Shown piece after piece: positions 19,540 to 28,160 of a stretch of DNA of 64,000 nt. How positions within the stretch are numbered: the first letter of the stretch is position 1; each line of letters begins with the position of its first letter. The position numbers were made by a program, and so were the translations under genes. The stretch lies in contig CAWDML010000010.1 of NCBI GenBank assembly GCA_963803435.1, forward strand, positions 93,485 to 157,484. The letters are read 5' to 3'. Under the pieces are notes generated by a model. The model saw only the letters and a program-made list of their open reading frames with translations, was not told the origin of the DNA and searched no databases. Origin of the DNA: an uncultured delta proteobacterium. GTDB taxonomy: Bacteria; Myxococcota; Kuafuiibacteriia; Kuafuiibacteriales; Kuafuiibacteriaceae.

Positions 19540-22107
19540 CTACCGCTTCCTGCCGATGCGAAAGCGCCGTGGCTTCGGCTTGTCGGTCACGTCCTTGCTG
19601 CGCACGCCCAGGAGCCGCGACAGCGTCTTCAACATTCTCTCGCTGGAGGGGAGCGGATCGTCGATCCGCGGCGTGCCGAGCTCGGTCACGCCCTCAATCC
19701 CGAGGCGCAGGGCCGCCCGCACGTCGTCCTCCGGCAGGCTGTGGGTCTCCGCCATCTGCCGGGCCAGCGCCGTCCAGCCGCCCGACGCTCCGCCCCGCAC
19801 TCGGTCTCGATGGCGCATCACCACCAGCTTGGACAGCGACTGTGCGGCGTGGGTCAAGCCGGCCTGACCGGTCCGCGCGTACTGGCGGCCGATGGCCTCC
19901 ACGTGCTCGACGAACGCCTTGTGCTCCCGCCGCACCGGATCGCGCAGCGGACCGAAGGCGGCGCCGATCAAGAGGAACAGCAGCACCAGCGTCCCGAGAG
20001 ACTGCAGCACGAAAGGGAGCATGTTGGAGGCCTTCATGGCACGGGCCGGGGACGCGTCGTTCGGTCCGCCGCCCCCATCGCCCGACTCGTCGCTGGTCGA
20101 GCCATCGAGTCGGTCGAGGATGGCGATCTTCTGCCCGGTCGGCGTGATCGAGGCGAAGAGGGCGGCCACGAAGCGGGCGTTGGTGCTCCGCGTGAGCGAA
20201 GCGTTGGTGAAGAGATCGCGATCCGAGAAGACGTACATGCAGCCTGAGAGCGTGGCGAGGCCCTCGATCCGATCCGCAGCGTAGGCGACACCGGCGGTGC
20301 GGCCGCCGACCTCCGGATCATCGGCGTAGAGGATCAGCGGGTGCATGCGGAGCTGGTGGCTCGAGACGGTGGCCGTCTGGCTGACGCCGTCCCAGAGGAT
20401 GCGCCGGCCCTTGGGAAGAACAGGAGCCGCCTCGCCCAGGTACTCGTCTCGGATCGCCGCCACCCGCCAGCTGCAGAAGGCCTCGGGGCCGGGCCGATTG
20501 ACCTCGAGCGCCACGGGGCTCGGGTCGTCCTGGTCGACGGTGTCGGTGGTGGGGAGGAAGAAGGACGAGCGCGCGCAATCGTCGATCACCACGACGTTGA
20601 TGTTGCGATCGAGCAGCGCGTCCAGCCTCAGGTCCTTCGGCCAGCCGCTCTTCGAGGCGGCCGACGTCCGGAACACGACCACGCCGACGCCCGGTTCGAC
20701 GTCGGCGAAGCGCTCGTGGCCGATCGTGACCTCCAGCCCCGACTCGCGGAGGATCGCGGGGAGGGCGGCCAGTCCGATGGGCCCGTGGGAGTAGAAGGCC
20801 GGGATCATCGCCTCGTCCTCATCCGCTCCGGACGGGCAAGCCTGCAGCCCGGGCACCATGAGCGCGAGCAGGATCAGGATCGCCGCGCCGGTGCCGGGGG
20901 CCGTGTCGGGGGCAACCTTGCGGAGCAGCGTGCGTGCCTCGCCAATCAGGCGGCCGACCACACCGACGTCGACGTGACCGTCGCCGAAGCGCGCGCGCTC
21001 GGTCTCGGTGGCCACGCCGCGGAACAGGTCGCGCAGCTCGGGGAGCTTCCGGATGGCGCGCAGATAGTCACCGTTCGTCTTGGACGCGTGGTAGCGGGCG
21101 AGCCCCTCGTCGTCGAGATAGCGGAGCACGGCCAGGTGCAAGAGGATGGCGGCCTCCTCCCCGTCTCCCCGCTGGAGCGCGCGCTCGGCCAGCTTGACCA
21201 GCACGTTCGAGCGCGCGTCGGGGAGCGCCTGGAGGTTGCGCGCCGCCTCGCTGAGCGCGTCGACGTCGAGCTCGACCTCCTCGCCCTCCCAGCCGGCGCT
21301 CATCATCGACTTGACGAAGGCGAAGATCAGCACGCCGGCGACCACCACCAGGAGCACGATGCCGAACTCGCTCGGGATCGAGATCAGGACGGGGCGCCGC
21401 ATCACCCGGCGTGCGTTGCCGCTGCCGCTCCCCTTGCCGTTGCCCTTGCCGCTGCCGTTGCCCTTGCCGCTCCCGCCGCCGCCACCGCCACCGGAGTCCG
21501 TGGACTGGTACGGCTTCCAGCGCTTGCAGGTCTCGCGGGCCTTCGGGCAGACGTCGTCGCTGCTCTCGTCGAAGATCACGCAGAAGTCGGTACCGGCGGT
21601 ACCGTTCTCACCAAACGAAGGATCGTGACAGAACGCGTAGGCGTTCTTGTCGAACTCGGCCTTCCGGGCGGTGACGGCTCGGTCGGTGGCGATCGCGCCC
21701 GCCTCGGGGAGCGCTGCCGGTGGGAGCTCGTCCGGCGGTGGATCGGTCGCCAGCGCGAAGCTCATCCGGTACGTCCCGAGCGTGATCGTGTCGCGCGTGT
21801 CGAAGATCGTCTCGCCCTGCACCGGCGCCCCGTTGACCAGCACGGTGGCCTCGAACATCGGGCGCACCAGGAACTCGCCGTCCTGGAGCTCGAAGTACGC
21901 GTGGAGCGGCGCCAGCCCTTCCAGCACCAGATAGGCGTCGCGGCTGCTCCCGGCGACGAAGCTGTGCGCCTCGGGCCACTTCGCGGTGACGAAGTTGCCC
22001 TCCTGGTCGAAGACCATGAAGCCCCAGACGCCGTCCTCCTGGGCAGAGGCGTCGAAGGCGAAGGCCGCGAGCCCGGCCGCGACCACGGTGGCGAGGAGCG
22101 GACGCAT
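19540..22107 (-). CDS. FHA-like + DUF4129 + DUF4350-like fusion membrane protein
   Basis: N-terminal HAYF...VNG...DTITLG; SKTNGDYL (DUF4129-like); DLFTN...NARF and EHVEAIGRQY (DUF4350-type protein); operon position. Confidence 0.65.
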   Translation of the reverse strand: MRPLLATVVAAGLAAFAFDASAQEDGVWGFMVFDQEGNFVTAKWPEAHSFVAGSSRDAYLVLEGLAPLHAYFELQDGEFLVRPMFEATVLVNGAPVQGETIFDTRDTITLGTYRMSFALATDPPPDELPPAALPEAGAIATDRAVTARKAEFDKNAYAFCHDPSFGENGTAGTDFCVIFDESSDDVCPKARETCKRWKPYQSTDSGGGGGGGSGKGNGSGKGNGKGSGSGNARRVMRRPVLISIPSEFGIVLLVVVAGVLIFAFVKSMMSAGWEGEEVELDVDALSEAARNLQALPDARSNVLVKLAERALQRGDGEEAAILLHLAVLRYLDDEGLARYHASKTNGDYLRAIRKLPELRDLFRGVATETERARFGDGHVDVGVVGRLIGEARTLLRKVAPDTAPGTGAAILILLALMVPGLQACPSGADEDEAMIPAFYSHGPIGLAALPAILRESGLEVTIGHERFADVEPGVGVVVFRTSAASKSGWPKDLRLDALLDRNINVVVIDDCARSSFFLPTTDTVDQDDPSPVALEVNRPGPEAFCSWRVAAIRDEYLGEAAPVLPKGRRILWDGVSQTATVSSHQLRMHPLILYADDPEVGGRTAGVAYAADRIEGLATLSGCMYVFSDRDLFTNASLTRSTNARFVAALFASITPTGQKIAILDRLDGSTSDESGDGGGGPNDASPARAMKASNMLPFVLQSLGTLVLLFLLIGAAFGPLRDPVRREHKAFVEHVEAIGRQYARTGQAGLTHAAQSLSKLVVMRHRDRVRGGASGGWTALARQMAETHSLPEDDVRAALRLGIEGVTELGTPRIDDPLPSSERMLKTLSRLLGVRSKDVTDKPKPRRFRIGRKR

Positions 22108-22110
22108 GCG

Positions 22111-22941
22111 TCAGGCCGCCAGGCGGTTGGCCCGCTCCTCCCGGGCGCGCTGCGCGATCGCGTTGAAGCGGACCTGGATGTCCCAGCCTTCGCGCCGCGT
22201 GCGCGCGTCCACGTAGTCGAACAGGCGCGCCATCGCGACGTACGGACCCGCCAGGATATAGCCGCCGATCCCCGCCCAGTAGCCCACCGAGTCGGGCGTG
22301 CCCTGGAACTGGAGCACGCCCGAGATCAGGAAGCTGGTCCCGAACATCACGCTGACCACGAACAGCGCGCGCACCAGCGACTGCGCGATGAGGAGGCCGA
22401 GCGCGCGACCGAAGCGATACGTGACCAGGATCCGCGCGCGATGGAGGGCGCGTCCGGCGGGCAGCTGCTCCAGGAAGGCGGCCTCTCCGAGATACACGTG
22501 CGAGGCGAGGATGAAGGGCCAGAACGTGAGACAGAGGACGCCCAGCACCAGCAGCCCGGTCTCCTTCACGTCGACCAGCACGATCGTGAAGGGGAGCGTA
22601 GAGACGAGCGACCAGATCAACACCAGCGGCATCCGCTTGAGGACGATCTTGAGCGCGCCGCGCTTGGTGGCTGGGTTCTGGAAGAGATGGCGGCCGGCGT
22701 ACACGGTGACCACGCGCTCCATGATGGGCACGACGATCAGCGTGACGGCGCAGCGCTGTCCCCAGTCGAGGTCGAGCGCGTACGCGGTGCCCACCACCAT
22801 GAGGGCGGCGACGGAGGAGAGCAGGAGGAACAGCGGGAGGAAGTCGCGGGCCGAGGTCCGGAGATAGGCGAGGGCGAGATTGAGCGTCTCGTCCAGCGTG
22901 CGGGGGCGCAGCGTCACGCGGGGTTCGAAGGACGTGCTCAC
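22111..22941 (-). CDS. conserved membrane protein of RDD/SpoIIM/MoxR operons
   Basis: LRPRTLDETL start and YVDARTRREGWDI end; GTG overlaps upstream stop. Confidence 0.75.
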   Translation of the reverse strand: MSTSFEPRVTLRPRTLDETLNLALAYLRTSARDFLPLFLLLSSVAALMVVGTAYALDLDWGQRCAVTLIVVPIMERVVTVYAGRHLFQNPATKRGALKIVLKRMPLVLIWSLVSTLPFTIVLVDVKETGLLVLGVLCLTFWPFILASHVYLGEAAFLEQLPAGRALHRARILVTYRFGRALGLLIAQSLVRALFVVSVMFGTSFLISGVLQFQGTPDSVGYWAGIGGYILAGPYVAMARLFDYVDARTRREGWDIQVRFNAIAQRAREERANRLAA

Positions 22942-23945
22942 GCGCGACCTCCCGACAGCTCGCGAACGTCCGGCGGGATCGGACGGGCGCGTCCGACGAA
23001 GGCGATGATGGAGAAGACGGCGATCCAGCCGACGATTCCGGTCACGTACTTCACCTCGTTGGGGAGCCCGGACGGCGAGTACCAGGCCTCGAGCATCGCC
23101 GCGATGCTGAGGAACGCGGCGGCGCCGGCCACCTGCCGGAGCAGCTCGAGCCCGTGCGCCTGCAGGTTGCCCAGGCGCGTGCGGCCGCGGGTGGAGATCA
23201 GCGAGAAGCCCATCTGGAGCCCGGCGGCGCCCGCGATCACGATCGCGGTCAGCTCCCACGGGCTGTGCGAGCTGACGAAGGAGAAGATGTTGGCGCCGAA
23301 GCCGGTGCGGGCCAGGTGCCCGAGGACGACGCCGATCGTGATGCCGTTGAAGAGGAGGTAGAAGATCGGGCCGAGCCCGAACAGGATCCCGGTGGCGAAG
23401 CAGGTGAACGCGATGCCGACGTTGTGCTGGACGTAGAAGCCGGTCATCTGCGCGTTGCTGTCGCTGTCGCGTCCCTTGCCCTCGTGGCTCTCGCCGTGCA
23501 TCTGCTCCATTCCCTTGAGCTGGTCGGGGCTGAGCACCGCGAGCGCGTACGTCTCGTCCAGGTAGGCGGCCGTCCCGGCGATCGCGCCCGGTCCGAAGAA
23601 CAGCGCGAAGGCGAGGAGGAAGAAGCGGAGGTTGCGGCGGAGGGCGGGCGCGAAGTCGAGGAGCAGCGTGTAGATCTTGAACTGCGTCCCGACGGACGTT
23701 CCGGCGTAGAGCGCGTTGTGGGCGCGCGACGCCAGGCTGTCGAGGTGACGCTCGAGATCGGCGCCCAGCTTGTCGCGCCGGACCAGCATCAGATCCCCGG
23801 CGAGCGCCCGGTAGATCTCGGCCAGCTCCGCGATCCCGTCCGGACCCAGCCGCGCCGCGCCCTGACTGCGCTCGGCTGTCTGGAGGAGCTCCTGCAGGCG
23901 ATCCCACCGCTTCTTGCGGCTCTTCACCAGCTCGTCGCGGGTCAC
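22938..23945 (-). CDS. SpoIIM (DUF95) family membrane protein
   Basis: YR...DL, HNVGIAF.CFA.G, NG, HSPWELTAI, AMLEA. Confidence 0.85.
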   Translation of the reverse strand: MTRDELVKSRKKRWDRLQELLQTAERSQGAARLGPDGIAELAEIYRALAGDLMLVRRDKLGADLERHLDSLASRAHNALYAGTSVGTQFKIYTLLLDFAPALRRNLRFFLLAFALFFGPGAIAGTAAYLDETYALAVLSPDQLKGMEQMHGESHEGKGRDSDSNAQMTGFYVQHNVGIAFTCFATGILFGLGPIFYLLFNGITIGVVLGHLARTGFGANIFSFVSSHSPWELTAIVIAGAAGLQMGFSLISTRGRTRLGNLQAHGLELLRQVAGAAAFLSIAAMLEAWYSPSGLPNEVKYVTGIVGWIAVFSIIAFVGRARPIPPDVRELSGGRA

Positions 23946-24703
23946 ACCATCCTCCGTCGCGGGTCTTGGGCCTTCTGCCAGAGCGCCGCCAGGAACCCGG
24001 TGGGGTCTCGCGGGTGGGGGAGATGGAGCTTGTCGGCGTAGATCCCGGCGACGATCTCCGCGAGCTCCTCCCGGCGTGGGTCGCTCATGTGCTCGCGATT
24101 CACGAAGAGCTCCAGCGCCTCGAGGTCGCTCCGATCGAGCGGAAGCGATCCCGGGAGCTCGGGGAGCACCGCCGGATCCGCCTTGACGGCGCTCTCGCGC
24201 GCGACGGTGGTCGCTTCCTCCACGACGACGATCGTGTCCGCGACCATGTCGCCCAGACGCCGGAACTTTGGATCGAGCGCCATCACGATGGGCCCGGGGA
24301 GGATGACGCTGCCGGTGGGCAGGACGGTGATGTCGGCGGCGCGGACCAGGTTGCGGAGGAACGACTCGCGCCAGGTGATCGGGAGGCCGTTGGGCTTCAC
24401 CACTCGCAGCTTCAACGCGATCTTGCCCGGCGAGCGCCCGCCCGTGAGCATCTCGCAGCCGAAGAAGTAGAACCAGTCGAGAAAGAAGGCGACCAGGAGC
24501 AACAGCCCGGTGCCGAGCCCGCTCAGATCGACCATCCCGAGGCCGATCTCGAGCACCAGGGTGATCATGAAGAAGATCAGCACCCGCAGGATCAGATCGA
24601 TCGCGTACGCGAACATTCGGCGGCCGGGTCCCGCGATGCGCGTGCGAAACGCGAGGTGCTCCGGCGTATCGATCTCGAGGACGGTGTCGATGAGGGCCGT
24701 CAT
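23942..24703 (-). CDS. RDD family protein
   Basis: TPE...AGPGRR.FA..ID, GRSPGK...LRVV, RN..R, RLGD..ADT. Confidence 0.9.
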   Translation of the reverse strand: MTALIDTVLEIDTPEHLAFRTRIAGPGRRMFAYAIDLILRVLIFFMITLVLEIGLGMVDLSGLGTGLLLLVAFFLDWFYFFGCEMLTGGRSPGKIALKLRVVKPNGLPITWRESFLRNLVRAADITVLPTGSVILPGPIVMALDPKFRRLGDMVADTIVVVEEATTVARESAVKADPAVLPELPGSLPLDRSDLEALELFVNREHMSDPRREELAEIVAGIYADKLHLPHPRDPTGFLAALWQKAQDPRRRMV

Positions 24704-24750
24704 GACAGGCGCGAGTCGGCGAATGTAACACGTCGCCGCGCTTTTGGGGT

Positions 24751-25425
24751 ATGAGTGCCGCGATGCTCTACCGACCGCTCATCGCGCTCGCGCCGCTCCT
24801 CGTGATCGGTTGCACCAAGCAGCCGGCGCGGATCCGGATCAAGGGTCCGCGCGACGCCGTGGAGTCGACGAAGATGGATCCAACCTTTGCGCCTTTCGAA
24901 AAGAAGGGCGACACGCTCCAGCTTCGCACCTCCTCGTTCGACGACAAGGACCATTACATGGGTACCGTCGCGGCGAAGTGGGACAGCTCCGATCGCGAGG
25001 TCGCCACCGTCAGTCAGACCGGCCTCGTCACGTTTCTGTCCAGCGGAAAGGTCGAGATCAAGGCGACGACTCTGGAGCTGGCGACGCCGCTCGAGGCGTC
25101 GATCGGGTTGTCGGCCGTGTTCGTGAAGGGCGTCCGGATCGTCGATCCCGATGAGGCGCACCAGGCCGGTTATAAGCTCTCGCTCGGGGAGATCAAGCAG
25201 TTCAAGGCCGAGGTCCTCAACGACCGCGACCAGGTCATTCCGGACGCGAAGATCGACTGGCACGCCACCTCCTTTGCGGTGACGGTCACACCGACCGGCG
25301 AGGTCGAGGCGCGGGCCATCGGCGCCGCGCAGGTCGTGGCGGAGGCGGACAACGGCTCGGTGGCGCGCGTGGACGTCGAGGTCACGGATTGGGTCAAGCC
25401 GAAGAAGAAGAAGAAGCATCGTTGA
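24751..25425 (+). CDS. lipoprotein with two bacterial Ig-like (Big_2) domains
   Basis: LLVIGC lipobox; WDSSD.EVATV..TG.VT and VTVTPTGEVEA; Lys-rich tail. Confidence 0.75.
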   Translation: MSAAMLYRPLIALAPLLVIGCTKQPARIRIKGPRDAVESTKMDPTFAPFEKKGDTLQLRTSSFDDKDHYMGTVAAKWDSSDREVATVSQTGLVTFLSSGKVEIKATTLELATPLEASIGLSAVFVKGVRIVDPDEAHQAGYKLSLGEIKQFKAEVLNDRDQVIPDAKIDWHATSFAVTVTPTGEVEARAIGAAQVVAEADNGSVARVDVEVTDWVKPKKKKKHR

Positions 25426-25469
25426 CGTAAGGGAAGGATCCGCCTGGTCGCGGCGTACGACTTCTCGCC

Positions 25470-26312
25470 GTGAAGCATCTCCTCCAGGCCGCCGGCGTCG
25501 ACGCCGAGCTCTCCACTCTCATCGTGGTCGACGGCATCGAGATCTGCGGCGCCGTGATCCCCGGCTCCCAAGCGATCGAGGTGTGGCGCCGGCTGCGCGA
25601 GGTGGCCCCGGCCGAGGGCCACTGGCCGTTGCTCCTCGGCGCCGAGGAGGAGCTGCGCTTTCTTGAGGAGAGCCTCGAGTTCAACCGCACGCCGGTCGCG
25701 GCCATCATCGAGGAGTCGAAATATCTGCATCAGAGCCTGCTGGCGGAGGACGCCCGGCGCGGGCAACCGGAGCCTGCGGGGCCCGGCGCGGTGATCGCGG
25801 GGTTCGTCGAGCGGCATCCGAAGGGTGGCGAGGAGGCAGCGCTGCTGGAGGCGCTCGATCGGCCGCGTCCCGAGCTGTCCGCCCTCGATGAGCTGGAGGG
25901 CCTGGAGTGGGATCCGGGCGTGCCGGCGCAGGACGGGTTCACGATTCCACGCGAGATCCTCAGCGGGCGCTTCCATGATGCAATCCACCTTGCACTGATC
26001 CCGACGCCGCACGGCTGGGAGGCTCCAGCGTGGATCAAGTTCGGCAACTGGAACGCGTGCCCGCGCCCTGAGGTGCACGCGGCCCGCCTTCACCGCTGGC
26101 ACGACCGCTTCGGAGCGGAGGTCGTCGGTATCACCCACGACGTGATCGAGACGGCCGTATCGCGGCCCCCCGACGATCGCGACTCGTGCCTCCGGCTGGC
26201 GCTCGAGCAGTACCGGTACTGCGACGACATCGTCTCGCAGGGCGTCGGCTCGATCTCGGCGCTGGCCGGTTCGCTGCGGGGCGGACGGACCTGGTACTTC
26301 TGGTGGGACTGA
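25470..26312 (+). CDS. DUF4253 domain protein
   Basis: GNWNACP, W..RFGAE, ALEQYRYC.DIV.QG, WYFWWD terminus. Confidence 0.88.
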   Translation: MKHLLQAAGVDAELSTLIVVDGIEICGAVIPGSQAIEVWRRLREVAPAEGHWPLLLGAEEELRFLEESLEFNRTPVAAIIEESKYLHQSLLAEDARRGQPEPAGPGAVIAGFVERHPKGGEEAALLEALDRPRPELSALDELEGLEWDPGVPAQDGFTIPREILSGRFHDAIHLALIPTPHGWEAPAWIKFGNWNACPRPEVHAARLHRWHDRFGAEVVGITHDVIETAVSRPPDDRDSCLRLALEQYRYCDDIVSQGVGSISALAGSLRGGRTWYFWWD

Positions 26313-26313
26313 C

Positions 26314-27060
26314 ATGGGTGCACTGAGAATCACCATCGCGACGGATCGTCGGATCGAGAGCTGGTCGCGCGGCGCCCTGGCCAACGTCTGGGACGACCAA
26401 GATCAGCGGTTGATCGAGGCCGACCTCCACGATCCGGAGGTCTTCGCGTACGACTCTGCGTTCGGCCACATCGATCTGATCAAGCCCGTGCTGCATCCGT
26501 GGTTCGCCGAGCTCGCGGGCCGGTGCCTCGGGATCACCGAGACCGAGGCGCGCGATGTGGTGCTGGGCGGTCGCGCTGGCTGGACCGAGGACGGCCGCTT
26601 CGTGACCGGCGCGGAGGCCGCGGTGTATCCGCTCCTCCACGGTGGCGCCGAGCTGGCGCAACGCTTGGAGCAGATCACGCTGGGGGAGTCGCTCGCCGGC
26701 TTCTTCAGGGCGTGGCAGCGCACGCCGCGGCAGCTGTTGTTGGAGCGGCTCCCGATTCTCCCCCCGGTGGTCCGCCGCCGCTTCCCCGGGATCGAGCGGC
26801 TGTATCGCAACGTGATCGCCAGCGCCCACGCGGTGGCGGTCTACGCGAAGGACGACGTCCCGCAGCTCCTCTGGGAGCATCAGCTGTTCGAGCTCCAGGC
26901 GGCGGTCGACCTCTTGTTCGACAATCGCACGGCCGACCGGCCCGGCGCCGGTCTCGACGGGCGCATTCTTCCCAGCCTCGGGGACGTGGTGGACGGGAGC
27001 CGGCGGACGGATCACCTCCGGCTGGCGCTCCGCGGTGCCGCGCTGGACGCGCAGGAATAG
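26314..27060 (+). CDS. stand-alone, shortened homologue of RNA polymerase beta' N-terminal (clamp) region
   Basis: Colinear matches to RpoC: IATDRRIESWSRG, FGHIDLIKPVLHPWF, GAEA, LPILPP, LYRNVI, LQAAVDLLFDN, LPSLGD. Confidence 0.8.
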   Translation: MGALRITIATDRRIESWSRGALANVWDDQDQRLIEADLHDPEVFAYDSAFGHIDLIKPVLHPWFAELAGRCLGITETEARDVVLGGRAGWTEDGRFVTGAEAAVYPLLHGGAELAQRLEQITLGESLAGFFRAWQRTPRQLLLERLPILPPVVRRRFPGIERLYRNVIASAHAVAVYAKDDVPQLLWEHQLFELQAAVDLLFDNRTADRPGAGLDGRILPSLGDVVDGSRRTDHLRLALRGAALDAQE

Positions 27061-27098
27061 GCGGAGCCGACGGAGCATGGTAAGGCTCCGAGTGAGAC

Positions 27099-27320
27099 AT
27101 GGTGTTCGTAGACTCAGAGAACGACGAGTGGAAGAACGACGGCCGAGCCTACCGTCGGGTGCTTCCGGGCTTCGTCGAGATGAACGTGAAGATGGACGGC
27201 GGCTCGTGGCGGTGGACGCTGTACGAGAAGCGGCGTCCGCTCGAGAGTGGTCCGGCGCGTTCGCTCGAGGAAGCGATGAAGGCGGTCAAAGAAGCCGCCA
27301 CGCGCCGCACGTCCAAGTGA
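27099..27320 (+). CDS. small hypothetical protein (candidate toxin immunity)
   Basis: 73-aa ORF of globular composition, convergent with the toxin gene 4 bp away. Confidence 0.6.
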   Translation: MVFVDSENDEWKNDGRAYRRVLPGFVEMNVKMDGGSWRWTLYEKRRPLESGPARSLEEAMKAVKEAATRRTSK

Positions 27321-27324
27321 TCGG

Positions 27325-28128
27325 CTACCACTTCCCGACCTTGCCCAGGTGACCGAACGCCGCCAGGCGCGTCGCCTGGAAGTCGCTCTTGATGTAGTAG
27401 GCCGTGATGAAGTCGCCGTCGGGCGTGAACGACGCCACCTGACGCGTCAGCGGGTTGTAGAAGTGGACGGCGTGGACGTTGAACCCGTCCTTGCCCTTGA
27501 TCGACCCGAAGATCCGGCTGGTCCCTCCGTCGGCCATGTGCCGCTTGACCGCCTGCTCGAACGCCGCGAAGCCCTGGGAGCCCCGCGACTCCACCACGCC
27601 GAACTCGGGGGCGTGCTTGAACTTCTTCTCGAGCTGCCGGAGCGGGAACTTCAACCGCGGGAAGTTCTTGGCTGCGCCGGAGCGAATGAGCGGGAGGGTT
27701 GCGCGCGCCGCCGCTCGAGCCGCCGCCGCCGCTGCCGCTCTTCCGGCCATCCGCACCGCGACCGCTCGCGCTGCCGCCGAGACCGCGATCCCGATCCCGA
27801 TGCACAGCGGACAGGCGGCGTGCGCGACGGGCCCCGAGGAGCTGGACCGTGCCAGCCGCCGCTCGTTGCCGTCCGTGATGATGTCGCGAGGGTCGAGCCT
27901 CTCGGCCGGCTGAAGCCCCCGGTCCGTGCGCCGGAGGCGGACCACCAGGCCGCGCTCGCCTTCGCTCGTGATCCGGGCCGCCTCGGTGCCGATGAGCCGG
28001 CGGGCGGCGCCCTGATCCGGAGCCTTCGTCGGTGAGGTTTGGGCTGCTGCCTGAGCGGCCAGCACGGTCGCGGGGCTCGCGAACGCGACCGTCGCCATGG
28101 CGCCTGCGATGAGCTTGTTGTTCAACAT
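27325..28128 (-). CDS. secreted protein with C-terminal colicin D-like tRNase domain
   Basis: AGGAG RBS then Sec signal MLNNKLIAGAMATVAFASPA; QLEKKFKHAPEFG...F...H...FYNP.T...DGDFITAY matches the colicin D nuclease domain. Confidence 0.82.
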   Translation of the reverse strand: MLNNKLIAGAMATVAFASPATVLAAQAAAQTSPTKAPDQGAARRLIGTEAARITSEGERGLVVRLRRTDRGLQPAERLDPRDIITDGNERRLARSSSSGPVAHAACPLCIGIGIAVSAAARAVAVRMAGRAAAAAAARAAARATLPLIRSGAAKNFPRLKFPLRQLEKKFKHAPEFGVVESRGSQGFAAFEQAVKRHMADGGTSRIFGSIKGKDGFNVHAVHFYNPLTRQVASFTPDGDFITAYYIKSDFQATRLAAFGHLGKVGKW

Positions 28129-28160
28129 GATGTCTCTCCTCTCGCGCCTCGGCGCGGCGT

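Noticed and set aside
15426-23361. Very long + strand ORFs (1062, 794, 1006 aa)
   Set aside because: Antisense shadows of well-supported - strand genes in high-GC DNA; no motifs.
26314-27060. Genuine or split rpoC (cyanobacterial rpoC1-type)
   Set aside because: No Zn finger, no catalytic NADFDGD, no rpoB or remaining rpoC adjacent, and far more diverged than a functional subunit.
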